From an uncultured delta proteobacterium (GTDB lineage Bacteria; Myxococcota; Kuafuiibacteriia; Kuafuiibacteriales; Kuafuiibacteriaceae): a stretch of DNA of 64,000 nt. The translations under genes were made by a program, and so were the position numbers. The stretch is taken from the NCBI GenBank assembly GCA_963803435.1, contig CAWDML010000009.1, positions 288,001 to 352,000 of the forward strand, in the 5' to 3' direction. This document shows positions 1 to 8,077 of this stretch, in pieces. Position 1 is the stretch's first letter. Every line of letters starts with the position of its first letter. The notes under the pieces were generated by a model. The model did not search any database. It had not been told where the DNA came from and saw nothing but the letters and a program-made list of their open reading frames with translations.

Positions 1-671
1 CGCCTGCGTCGATCACGGCGTGCCGTACGTCTTCGGCGGGGTGGTCGGCCACGAGGGACAGGCCATGGCCGTCCTCCCCGGGGTGTCGGCGTGCGTGCGC
101 TGCCTGTTCGAGGAGGCGCCCCCCCCGGGCGCCGCGCCCACCTGCGCCGAGCTGGGCATCCTGGGTCCGGTGGCCGGGATCGTCGCGGCCAAGCAGGTCG
201 AGCTCGCGGTCGCGCTGGCGGCGGGCGAGCGCGCCGTGCTCGATCGGATCTGGATCTACGACGGACAGCGCGATCGCGCGCGGGACGTGGCGCTCCGCCG
301 CGCCTCGGACTGCCGCGGTTGCGGATTCGAGCCGGCACCTGCGCGGCGCGGCCGAGTCCTTCGACGGCGCGCCCGAGGCGGTGGTCGCGCCCGAGCTCGA
401 CCTTTGCGGCCTGACCTGTCCCCATACGTTCATACGGACCCACCGCGCGCTCTCGGGTCTCGACCGGGGCGGGCGGCTCTGGGTCCTGCTGTCGAGCGAC
501 GAGGCGGCGCGCAACGTGCCCAGGAGCGCCATCGCGGGAGGCCATCGCGTGCTGGCCCGCCTATCGGATGGCCGCGTTCATCGAGTGTTGATCGAGCGCG
601 GCGAAGGAGAATCAGCCCATGACGATTACGGTCAGAATCCCCACTCCGCTCAGGAAGTTCACGAGCGGTAA
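1..671 (+). CDS. MoeB/ThiF-family E1-like adenylyltransferase (C-terminal part, 5'-truncated) fused to a TusA/SirA-like sulfurtransferase domain; +1 frameshift at 324-328
   Basis: Frame 2 reads ACVDHGVPYVFGG...CVRCLF..PP.G..PTCAELGILGPVAG...DCRGCG (two CxxC Zn motifs plus the MoeB CxExGxLGP segment). Removing one T from GATTC (324-328) joins it in frame to LDLCGLTCPHTFIRTHRAL...HRVLIER (TusA CPxP-like motif). The 3' end is uncertain: 671, or fused to the next ORF. Confidence 0.75.
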   Translation, partial: PASITACRTSSAGWSATRDRPWPSSPGCRRACAACSRRRPPRAPRPPAPSWASWVRWPGSSRPSRSSSRSRWRRASAPCSIGSGSTTDSAIARGTWRSAAPRTAAVADSSRHLRGAAESFDGAPEAVVAPELDLCGLTCPHTFIRTHRALSGLDRGGRLWVLLSSDEAARNVPRSAIAGGHRVLARLSDGRVHRVLIERGEGESAHDDYGQNPHSAQEVHER

Positions 672-894
672 CGAGAAGGTCGAGATCGCCGGCCGCACCG
701 TCCGCGCGGTACTCGAAGGCCTCGAGAAGGCGCACCCCGGGATCAAGGAGCGGATTTGCGAGACCGACGGCACGCCGAAGCGCTTCGTCAACCTCTACTA
801 CAAGGAGGAGGACATCCGCTTCTTGAAGGGCGTCGACACCGAGCTCGACGACGGGAGTGAGCTCAGCATCGTCCCCGCGATCGCCGGTGGCTGA
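619..894 (+). CDS. MoaD/ThiS/CysO-family ubiquitin-like sulfur carrier protein
   Basis: 91 aa, MTITVRIPTPLR...FVNLY..EEDIRFL.G.DT.L.DG.ELSIVPAIAGG, ending in Gly-Gly; AAGGAG RBS at 604-609. Confidence 0.93.
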   Translation: MTITVRIPTPLRKFTSGNEKVEIAGRTVRAVLEGLEKAHPGIKERICETDGTPKRFVNLYYKEEDIRFLKGVDTELDDGSELSIVPAIAGG

Positions 895-1257
895 TGGACC
901 GCTCCGATCGATATGCCCGACAGGTCGCCGTCCCGGGCGTGGGAGAGGCGGGTCAGCGCCGGATTGCCGCGGCCGAGGTCGAGGTGGTCGGCGCGGATTC
1001 TGGCCGCGGAGATCTGCGCGCTCTACCTGGCGGGCGCCGGCGTCGGTCGGCTCACCGTGAGCCCGTCGCTCGCCGCACGCGTGGCCGGCGCCAACTCGGA
1101 GGTGCGGGTCATCGAAGGGACGGAGGCGGGTGTCTTCGCAGTCCGCCTGATCGCGCCGCCCGCGGGCCTTCACGTAGAGCCGGGCGTCGATCCCTTGCTC
1201 TCGGGTGCGCGGGCGGCAAGATGGGCCCTGGCGCGCCTGCTCGGAGGTGACGCATGA
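894..1257 (+). CDS. Short, degenerate ThiF/MoeB-like protein (+1 frameshift at 996-1000)
   Basis: DRYARQVAVPGVGEAGQRRIAAAEVEVVG is a typical E1 N-terminus. Deleting one T in GATTC continues it as ADLAAEICALYLAGAGVGRLTV. About 120 aa, overlapping both neighbours. Confidence 0.75.
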
Positions 1258-2174
1258 GTCGCTCGGCTCCGATCCTCGGCTCGATCGCAGAGGCCGTCGG
1301 CGACACGCCGCTGGTCCGGCTGCGCCGGATCGAGGAACAGGCCCACGGCACCGAGATCTGGGCCAAGCTCGAGTTCATGAACCCGGGCGGGAGCGTGAAG
1401 GACCGACCCGCGCTCCAGATGATCCTCGACGCCGAGGCGGCCGGGGTCCTCGAGCCCGGGATGTCGATCATCGACTCGACGAGCGGCAACACCGGCGTGG
1501 CGCTGGCGCTCTACGGTGCCGCCCGCGGCTATCGCGTGGTCCTGGTGATGCCCGAGAACGTCTCCTCGGCGCGAAAGAACATGCTCCGGGCGTTCGGTGC
1601 GGAGATCGTCTACAGCGATCCGATGGAGGGCTCCGACGGCGCGATCCTGGCGGTGCGCCGCATGGTCTCGGAGCACCCGGGCCGCTACCTGTACACCAAC
1701 CAGTACGCCAACCCGTCCAACCCGCGTGCTCATTACCTGCACACCGCGGAGGAGATCATCCGGGTGCTCGGCGACCGGCTCACCCACTTCGTGGCGGGGA
1801 TCGGGACCAGCGGGACGGTGATGGGCAATGGACGCCGGCTTCGCGAGCACAGCCAGCGGATCCAGATCATCGGGGTCGAGCCGGACGACGAGTTTCACGG
1901 GCTCGAAGGGCTCAAGTACATCCGCACTTCGATCGTGCCGGACATCTACGACGAGTCGGTGCTGCATCGAACGATCTTTCTCGACACGGATCGCGGCTGG
2001 AACGTGTCCGAGATGCTGGCCAACGAGGAAGGACTGCTGGTGGGACACTCGGCGGGCGCTGCAGTGGCGGCGGCGATGCAGGTGGCGGACGAGCTGTACA
2101 GCGAGGGGAAGACGGGCGTGATCGCGTGCGTCCTTCCCGATCACGCGTCCCGATACGTGGAGGTGAAGCCGTGA
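1254..2174 (+). CDS. cysM: PLP-dependent cysteine synthase (CysM/CysK family)
   Basis: GDTPLVRL, KLEFMNPGGSVKDR (PLP lysine), STSGNTG, GIGTSGT; lies next to a CysO-like carrier and a Mec-like JAB. Confidence 0.9.
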   Translation: MSRSAPILGSIAEAVGDTPLVRLRRIEEQAHGTEIWAKLEFMNPGGSVKDRPALQMILDAEAAGVLEPGMSIIDSTSGNTGVALALYGAARGYRVVLVMPENVSSARKNMLRAFGAEIVYSDPMEGSDGAILAVRRMVSEHPGRYLYTNQYANPSNPRAHYLHTAEEIIRVLGDRLTHFVAGIGTSGTVMGNGRRLREHSQRIQIIGVEPDDEFHGLEGLKYIRTSIVPDIYDESVLHRTIFLDTDRGWNVSEMLANEEGLLVGHSAGAAVAAAMQVADELYSEGKTGVIACVLPDHASRYVEVKP

Positions 2175-3415
2175 AGGTCTTCGACCTGGAGCTCACCGAC
2201 GACCACATCGATGCGATCGCCGCGCACGGCGAGCGCGACTATCCGAACGAGGCGTGCGGCCTGGTCCTGGGCCGACCGGGCGACGCCGCCCTCGAGCGGG
2301 TGGTGCCGATGAAGAACGTCCAGGACCGCTACCACCAGCGCGATCCCGAGCAGTTCCCGCGGACGAGCCGCGACGCCTTTCGTCTCGACGAGCTCGAGCG
2401 CATGCGGCTCCTCGACGGCGCGGCGGGCCTCGTCGAGCGCGTCCTCTATCACTCGCATTGCGACGCGGGGGCGTACTTCTCCCCCGAGGATCGGGCGGCG
2501 GCGATCCATCAGGACGTCGAGCTGATGCCGGGCGTGGTCAACGTGGTGGTCTCGGTCCGCGAGGGCAAGGCGCGCGACATGGCCGCCTACCGCTGGGACG
2601 CGGCCGTGAAGCAGTTCCGCGAGGTCCGCATCCGCATCGATCCGGGCGCGCCCGCGCTGCCGGACCTCGAGCTCCGGGCCATGGAGGGCCGCGAGTCGGC
2701 GCGCCCGATCCGACCGATGGGCGGGCGTCTGGGGTTGCGCCGCCTGGGCATGGTGGAGGCGACGACGCTGGCGACGCTGGCCGAGGGTCGTCGCATCGCG
2801 CTGGAGACGCAGGATCAGGTCGAAGACCTGCGTTGCTTCGAGCGCGGCTTCTTCTCTCCGCTGACCGGCTTCATGCGGAGCGCGGACGTCTTCTCGGTCG
2901 ACTCCAAGGGGCGACTCCAGAAGGGGACGCCCTGGCGGACGCCGCTCCGGCTCGAGCTGGCCAAGAAGGCGGTGCCCGCGGTCGCGGCCGGCGCGGTGAT
3001 GGAGTTGGCGTCGCCGTCGGGTGTCCCGACGGCGCTGATGGCGGTGGTCTCGATCGAGGTGGTGAAGGACCGCGTGTTCCTCGGCGGGCCGGTCTACGTC
3101 TACCCGTCGGAGGGGCTCGACGCCGCCGAGTGCCGGGCCGCCCTGCTCAGGCACCAGGCGAAGACCGTGCTGGCGGTGGGCCCGGCGCTCATCGAGAAGG
3201 CGGCGAAGGTCGAGCTCGGGATGTTCGACGCGCTCCTCGCCCGGGCCCAGGTGGGCGATTCCACCACTCTCCCCTACGCCGGCTGCCATCGGGGCGAATG
3301 GCTGGCCGCAGCGGCTGCGCAGAATGCCGGCGCCACCCACGTCTGGGTCGAGGATCAGAGCATCGCCAGGCAGATCGAGGATACGCTCGAGATCAGGCCG
3401 TGGCAGCCCGAGTGA
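2171..3415 (+). CDS. Mec+/JAB (Mov34/MPN) metallopeptidase fused to a degenerate ATP-sulfurylase (Sat)-like region
   Basis: GTG start overlaps the cysM TGA; 414 aa. N-terminus has EACGLVLG and YHSHCDAGAYFSPED (JAMM motif). C-terminus has DLRCFERGFFSPLTGFM...RLQKGTPWRTPLRL (Sat PUA-like domain) and PYAG...QNAGATHVWV (like Sat RYAGPREA...NYGCTH). Confidence 0.8.
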   Translation: MKVFDLELTDDHIDAIAAHGERDYPNEACGLVLGRPGDAALERVVPMKNVQDRYHQRDPEQFPRTSRDAFRLDELERMRLLDGAAGLVERVLYHSHCDAGAYFSPEDRAAAIHQDVELMPGVVNVVVSVREGKARDMAAYRWDAAVKQFREVRIRIDPGAPALPDLELRAMEGRESARPIRPMGGRLGLRRLGMVEATTLATLAEGRRIALETQDQVEDLRCFERGFFSPLTGFMRSADVFSVDSKGRLQKGTPWRTPLRLELAKKAVPAVAAGAVMELASPSGVPTALMAVVSIEVVKDRVFLGGPVYVYPSEGLDAAECRAALLRHQAKTVLAVGPALIEKAAKVELGMFDALLARAQVGDSTTLPYAGCHRGEWLAAAAAQNAGATHVWVEDQSIARQIEDTLEIRPWQPE

Positions 3416-4467
3416 TCCGCATCCGCATCTCCTCCCGCGGACGGGTGGAGTACTTCGACCTCGACGGCGCCGACGCCGTCCTCGGCAAGGGTGACGGCGC
3501 CGCGCTCTCGATCGACCACCCGTCGATCGCCCGGCGCCACGCCCGGCTGCTCCTTCGGCGCGGGCGTCTGATCCTCGCCGAGCTCGGCGGCCTGGTGGTC
3601 CGAGGCGGTGAGCGGCTGCGGGCGGCCACCACGCTGGAGGAGGGCGAGGCGTTCCGCCTGGGTGACGTCGAGGCGGCCGCCTGGGTGCGCGAGCCCGCGC
3701 TGTCGGGCCGCCTCTTCGACCGGGTGCTGCTCCTCGCCGAGTGCGATCCGATCGTGGGCGGCACGCGGCGTTATCACGCGACCCACGAGGGACGGAGCGC
3801 CGAGGTGACGGTCCTCGAGCCCGGGGCCTTCGCGCCGCACGAGCTCGCGGAATGGTCGGCGCGTCTCGAGCAGACACGCCGCCTCGCGCCGCCGCTCCTG
3901 GCTTCGGGCGCGCTCGATGGCCGCCCCGCGATCGCCGAGCGGGTACCGGTCGGGATCCGGGTGTCGTCGCTGCTCGACAACCTCGAGTCGGGGCGGGTCG
4001 CGGTGTCGCTCGAGGTGGCGCTGGCGGTCGTGCGGCGGCTCGCCGAGTCCCTCTCCTCGATCCACCACGCCGACGGGCCGCACGCCGGCCTGGTCCCGGG
4101 GGCCGTTCAGCTGGGGCTCGACGGTGATGTGGTCCTGCTCCGGCCCGGTCCGCGTCCGATGGACCCTCGGCACCACGATCGCTGGTCCTCCCCCACGCGG
4201 CGGATGAACCTACCGCCGTCGATCGCGGACGACGCGTACGCGCTGGCGCGGCTCGGCGAGGCCCTGGCCGGGAAGGCGGCGCTCCAGGACGCGCTCGCCG
4301 GCAGTGCGTCGATCCGGACCCGCGGCGCCTTCGTGGAGTGGACGGCCGCCCTGCTGCCGCTCTGCGATCGACTGCAGGTGGATCCGTCGGCGGCCCACGT
4401 CGCTCGGGTGGTCCGCCTGCTGTCGGATCGAGCACGACCGCTGGCGAAGCGGGATCGTTCCCGCTAG
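3412..4467 (+). CDS. FHA-domain protein with C-terminal pseudokinase domain
   Basis: GTG overlaps the upstream TGA. VLGKG...IDHPSIARRHARL is FHA-like. HAGLVPGAVQLGLDG replaces HRDxKPxN, DDAYALA corresponds to subdomain IX, and there is no DFG. Confidence 0.65.
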   Translation: MIRIRISSRGRVEYFDLDGADAVLGKGDGAALSIDHPSIARRHARLLLRRGRLILAELGGLVVRGGERLRAATTLEEGEAFRLGDVEAAAWVREPALSGRLFDRVLLLAECDPIVGGTRRYHATHEGRSAEVTVLEPGAFAPHELAEWSARLEQTRRLAPPLLASGALDGRPAIAERVPVGIRVSSLLDNLESGRVAVSLEVALAVVRRLAESLSSIHHADGPHAGLVPGAVQLGLDGDVVLLRPGPRPMDPRHHDRWSSPTRRMNLPPSIADDAYALARLGEALAGKAALQDALAGSASIRTRGAFVEWTAALLPLCDRLQVDPSAAHVARVVRLLSDRARPLAKRDRSR

Positions 4468-4479
4468 GCTCGCTCGGCC

Positions 4480-5355
4480 GTGCCGATCGCCGTCAGCGAG
4501 CTCACCGACGAGGTCCGCGACAAGCACGCGCGGCTCCAGGCGCTCCTGGCCTCCTTCCAGCAGGTGGTCGTCGCGTACAGCGGCGGCGTCGACTCCGCGT
4601 TCCTGGCCCGCGTGGCGCACGATGTGCTGGGGACCGCCGCGCTGGCGCTGACCGCGCGCTCCGCCTCGCTGATGGAGGTCGAGCTCGAGGAGGCGGCCGC
4701 GCTGGCGAGGTCAATCGGGATCGAGCACCGCGTCGTGGAGACGCACGAGCTCGAGCGCGAAGACTACGTGAAGAACGAGCTGTCCCGCTGCTACTTCTGC
4801 AAGGACGAGCTCTTCGACGCCGCGGCGCTGGTGGCCCACGCGTTCGGCGAGGCCGCCGTCGTCGACGGCTTCAACGCCGACGATCTCTCCGATCACCGGC
4901 CCGGTCATCGCGCCGCCGAGGAGCACCACGTCCGCCACCCCCTCGCCGAGGTCGGCCTGGCGAAGGCGGAGATCCGGGCGCTCTCTCGGTCGCTCGGGCT
5001 GGCGACCTGGAACAAGCCGCAGCTCGCCTGTCTCTCCAGCCGCCTCCCCTACGGGGTGAGCGTGACGCCGGAGCGGCTGAGCCGGGTGGAGCGGGTCGAG
5101 GGGGCGGTGCGGGGCCTGGGGTTCTTCGACGTCCGGGCCCGCCTGGTGAAGGACAACGACGACCTGGTCCGCATCGAGGTGGGTGAGGACGAGCTTCCCC
5201 GAGCGGTCGAGCCGGACAACCGGCGGCGGATCCTGGCGGCCGCCCACGAGGCGGGCTTCCGCTTCATTACGCTGGATCTGGAAGGTTTCCGCAGCGGAAG
5301 GCTCAACGAAGGCCTGGTTCGGCTGCGCGGTCGGTCTGGCGGCCGCTTGACGTGA
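4480..5355 (+). CDS. larE: LarE-family ATP-dependent sulfur transferase (PP-loop)
   Basis: AYSGGVDS PP-loop, RCYFCK, DGFNADDL.DHRPG, CLSSRLPYG, LDLEGFRSG.LN. Confidence 0.9.
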   Translation: MPIAVSELTDEVRDKHARLQALLASFQQVVVAYSGGVDSAFLARVAHDVLGTAALALTARSASLMEVELEEAAALARSIGIEHRVVETHELEREDYVKNELSRCYFCKDELFDAAALVAHAFGEAAVVDGFNADDLSDHRPGHRAAEEHHVRHPLAEVGLAKAEIRALSRSLGLATWNKPQLACLSSRLPYGVSVTPERLSRVERVEGAVRGLGFFDVRARLVKDNDDLVRIEVGEDELPRAVEPDNRRRILAAAHEAGFRFITLDLEGFRSGRLNEGLVRLRGRSGGRLT

Positions 5356-5385
5356 CGTCGGGGTGGTCCCGAGACTCGCGGGACG

Positions 5386-8076
5386 ATGGAGAAGAGGGTT
5401 CTGTCCGCGTGTCGGACAGTCGGGATCGCCGTGCTCCTGTCGAGCTGGGCGTGCTCGGGATCGATCTCTTGCTCGGCGTGCGGCGGCGGTCCGCTCATGC
5501 CGATCCCGGGTGGCTTCGATCCTGCGGCACAGATCGAGCGTGCCGCGCAGGTGCGGGTGAGTCAGCGCGGCCTCGATTTCATCGAGTCCGAGTTCCAGGA
5601 TCTGGTGGGTTCGTACGTCGCGATGACGTGCGGCGGCACCGGCGATCTTCCCTGTCCGACCGGCTTCGTGACGGTGCCGGGCGGGGCCGCCAATCCCTCC
5701 AGCTGCGTCGCCGGTGAGTGCGTCGAGTCGGTCTCCGGCACGGCGGGTCCGTTGATCGGCTTCGAGATCGACCAGACGGTCCAGAGCGGCGCCACGATCT
5801 GTCGCGACGACCTCAACGATCCCAACAGGCGCGCCTGCTACGCCTATCTCCGCTTCGAGGGGTTGCAGCTTCAGCCGGTCGCGCCCGACCAGGTCCGGGC
5901 CACCATCACCGCACAGATCTACACGACCGGAATCCCGTTCCGTTACGACTCTCTGGGAATGGACTGCCTGGTCACGCTGAACTCCAACGCCGACGGCAGC
6001 CCGCTCCAGGACATCGTGGCCACCGCGCTGATCACCGAGTGGACGCCGCCTTCGGGCACCGGCGGCCGGCAGCTCGACATCCAGATCACCGCGGTCGACG
6101 CCAACATCCCCGACGCCGACGTCAACATCGTCCGCGATCCGGTCCACGGCGGCTTTGACGACGACATCACCTGCGGCATCGCCAACACCGGTCTGGTGAA
6201 GGGGATCCTGATCCCGCAGCTCACCGACTCGCTGGCGGGCGTGGTCGGCGACGAGATCGACAAGGTGACCGGCTGGCGTTGCAACGGGCCGAACACCGAG
6301 CCCTGCCCGGCGCAGACCTCGTGCAACGCCGACGACCTCTGCGAGGAGAACGCGAGCGGTGCGCTCGTGCCGGCGAAGATCGGCCTGGAAGGACGGCTGG
6401 ACCTGGGCTCGCTCCTGGCCGGCTTCTCGCCGGGACGGCCGGGGCAGGGCGACATCGACTTCCTCATCGGCGGTTCCTCCCCCGTGGACGCCGGCGGCCT
6501 GACGCTGGGCGCCCTGGGCGGCGCCGAGGTGGTCACGCCCGATCCGAGCTGCGCGCAGATCCTCCCCAGCCCGCGGCTTCGTCCCACGTTCGTGCCGCCG
6601 CCTGCGCTGCCTGCGGCCGACATGGTCGACCTCGACTTCGACGGCACGCCCGAGACCCCGTACATGGTCGCCGCCGGCCTCTCGGAGGCCCTCCTCGATC
6701 AGTACCTCTGGACCATCTACACCAGCGGCCTCTTCTGCATCGGCGTCTCGGCCTACGACGTCGACATCCTCAACACCGGGACGCTGTCGCTCCTGATGCC
6801 GTCGCTGGCGCAGCTCACGCACAACGACAAGTACCGGTGGGCGATCTACCCGGCGCGTATCTCGATGTTCCCGAACGCCGAGCCGCAGATCCGCTTCGGC
6901 TCCGGCCAGGTCTCCGGAGATCCGATGAACCCCGTGCTCGATGATCCGCTGATCCAGATCTCCTTCGACGACCTCCGGATCGCGTTCTTCGCTCAGGTCG
7001 AGGAGCGCTGGGTGCAGCTGATGGTGCTCCAGCTCGACGTGACCCTCGGGCTCGGCGTGATCATCACGCCCAACAACGAGGTCCAGCTGGTGCTCGGCGA
7101 TCTCGAGAACTCGATCTCCGACGTCCACGTGATGGAGCACGATCTTCTCGCCGAAGACACCGCCGATCTGGAGAACGCCGTGCCGGCGCTCCTCAACTTC
7201 GCGTTCGCGAACCTGACCGGCGTGCTGCCGACCGTGCCGCTCCCGACCGGCTCGGAGCTGGGCGGCTTCGGCCTGGATGTCCTCGGCGTGCGCGGGGTGG
7301 AGAACAACGGCACCTATCCGAACATCGCGGTCTACGCGGATCTCTCGTTCGACCCGAGCCTGGTCCCGAACCTGTCGCTCGCCGCGGAGACCTCGGCCGT
7401 GCTCTCGGAGCTCTCGATGCCGAGGCTCGAGGACATGGCGGTCGGACGGGGTGCTGCGCGTCCCCGGGTGGTGCTCGAGGTGGCGAGCGCGGTGCCGGCG
7501 GGGCAGCGCGCCGAGATTCAGTATCGGGTGGACGGCAGCCTTTGGACCCCCTTCATTCCGCTGGATCCCGAGCAACCGCAGCTGGTGCTGTCGCGGCCCG
7601 AGCTCTCGGTGCAGGGGCGGCATCGGATCGAGGTCCGCTCGCGTGTGGCCGGCCAGTATCGAACGCTCGATCCCACGCCTGCGGTGGTGGACGTCCTGAT
7701 CGATCCCCAGCCGCCCGAGCTCTGGGCGCGCCTGGTGGACGGCGGCGTCGAAGTCCGCGCCTTCGACGTGGTGGGCAGCGTTCACTTCGAGCTCGGCCTC
7801 GACGGCGTGTTCGAAGCAGTGACGCCGGTCGACGACTTCGTGGCCGCCGCCATCGGCCCTGGCCGCTCGGTGGTCATCGCCGCCATCGACGACGCGGGCA
7901 ATCGCACCGAGGTTCGGTTGTCCGAGGCGGCTCCGGAGGCCTCCTCGTCGGATCCTGCGCCCGAGTCGGCGGTCGGCTGTGTCTGCGCCGCGCCCGGGCC
8001 CGGCGGTCCGGGCGCGCTGATCGCGCTTCTCGCGATCGGCCTGGTGGTCGCGCTTTCACGGCGCCGGCGGGGTTGA
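5386..8076 (+). CDS. Cys-rich lipoprotein with BPI/LBP (TULIP)-like regions and MYXO-CTERM sorting signal
   Basis: Lipobox-like SSWAC. VRVSQRGLDF and MVAAGLSEALLDQYLWTIYTSGLF resemble the BPI N- and C-lobe motifs. Ends in GCVC + hydrophobic helix + RRRR. Confidence 0.7.
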   Translation: MEKRVLSACRTVGIAVLLSSWACSGSISCSACGGGPLMPIPGGFDPAAQIERAAQVRVSQRGLDFIESEFQDLVGSYVAMTCGGTGDLPCPTGFVTVPGGAANPSSCVAGECVESVSGTAGPLIGFEIDQTVQSGATICRDDLNDPNRRACYAYLRFEGLQLQPVAPDQVRATITAQIYTTGIPFRYDSLGMDCLVTLNSNADGSPLQDIVATALITEWTPPSGTGGRQLDIQITAVDANIPDADVNIVRDPVHGGFDDDITCGIANTGLVKGILIPQLTDSLAGVVGDEIDKVTGWRCNGPNTEPCPAQTSCNADDLCEENASGALVPAKIGLEGRLDLGSLLAGFSPGRPGQGDIDFLIGGSSPVDAGGLTLGALGGAEVVTPDPSCAQILPSPRLRPTFVPPPALPAADMVDLDFDGTPETPYMVAAGLSEALLDQYLWTIYTSGLFCIGVSAYDVDILNTGTLSLLMPSLAQLTHNDKYRWAIYPARISMFPNAEPQIRFGSGQVSGDPMNPVLDDPLIQISFDDLRIAFFAQVEERWVQLMVLQLDVTLGLGVIITPNNEVQLVLGDLENSISDVHVMEHDLLAEDTADLENAVPALLNFAFANLTGVLPTVPLPTGSELGGFGLDVLGVRGVENNGTYPNIAVYADLSFDPSLVPNLSLAAETSAVLSELSMPRLEDMAVGRGAARPRVVLEVASAVPAGQRAEIQYRVDGSLWTPFIPLDPEQPQLVLSRPELSVQGRHRIEVRSRVAGQYRTLDPTPAVVDVLIDPQPPELWARLVDGGVEVRAFDVVGSVHFELGLDGVFEAVTPVDDFVAAAIGPGRSVVIAAIDDAGNRTEVRLSEAAPEASSSDPAPESAVGCVCAAPGPGGPGALIALLAIGLVVALSRRRRG

Positions 8077-8077
8077 C

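Noticed and set aside
1-3415. E1 + Ubl + JAB as an anti-phage ubiquitin-like conjugation system (CBASS/Bil-type)
   Set aside because: No E2, CD-NTase or effector is visible. Cysteine synthase, TusA, the Sat-like domain and LarE point to sulfur metabolism. Genes upstream of the window cannot be seen.
4711-7785. Long antisense and alternate-frame ORFs (e.g. 4711-7785, 14679-17294, 11703-14204, 61929-63881)
   Set aside because: Shadow ORFs typical of very high GC DNA. They overlap well-supported genes and have no family motifs.
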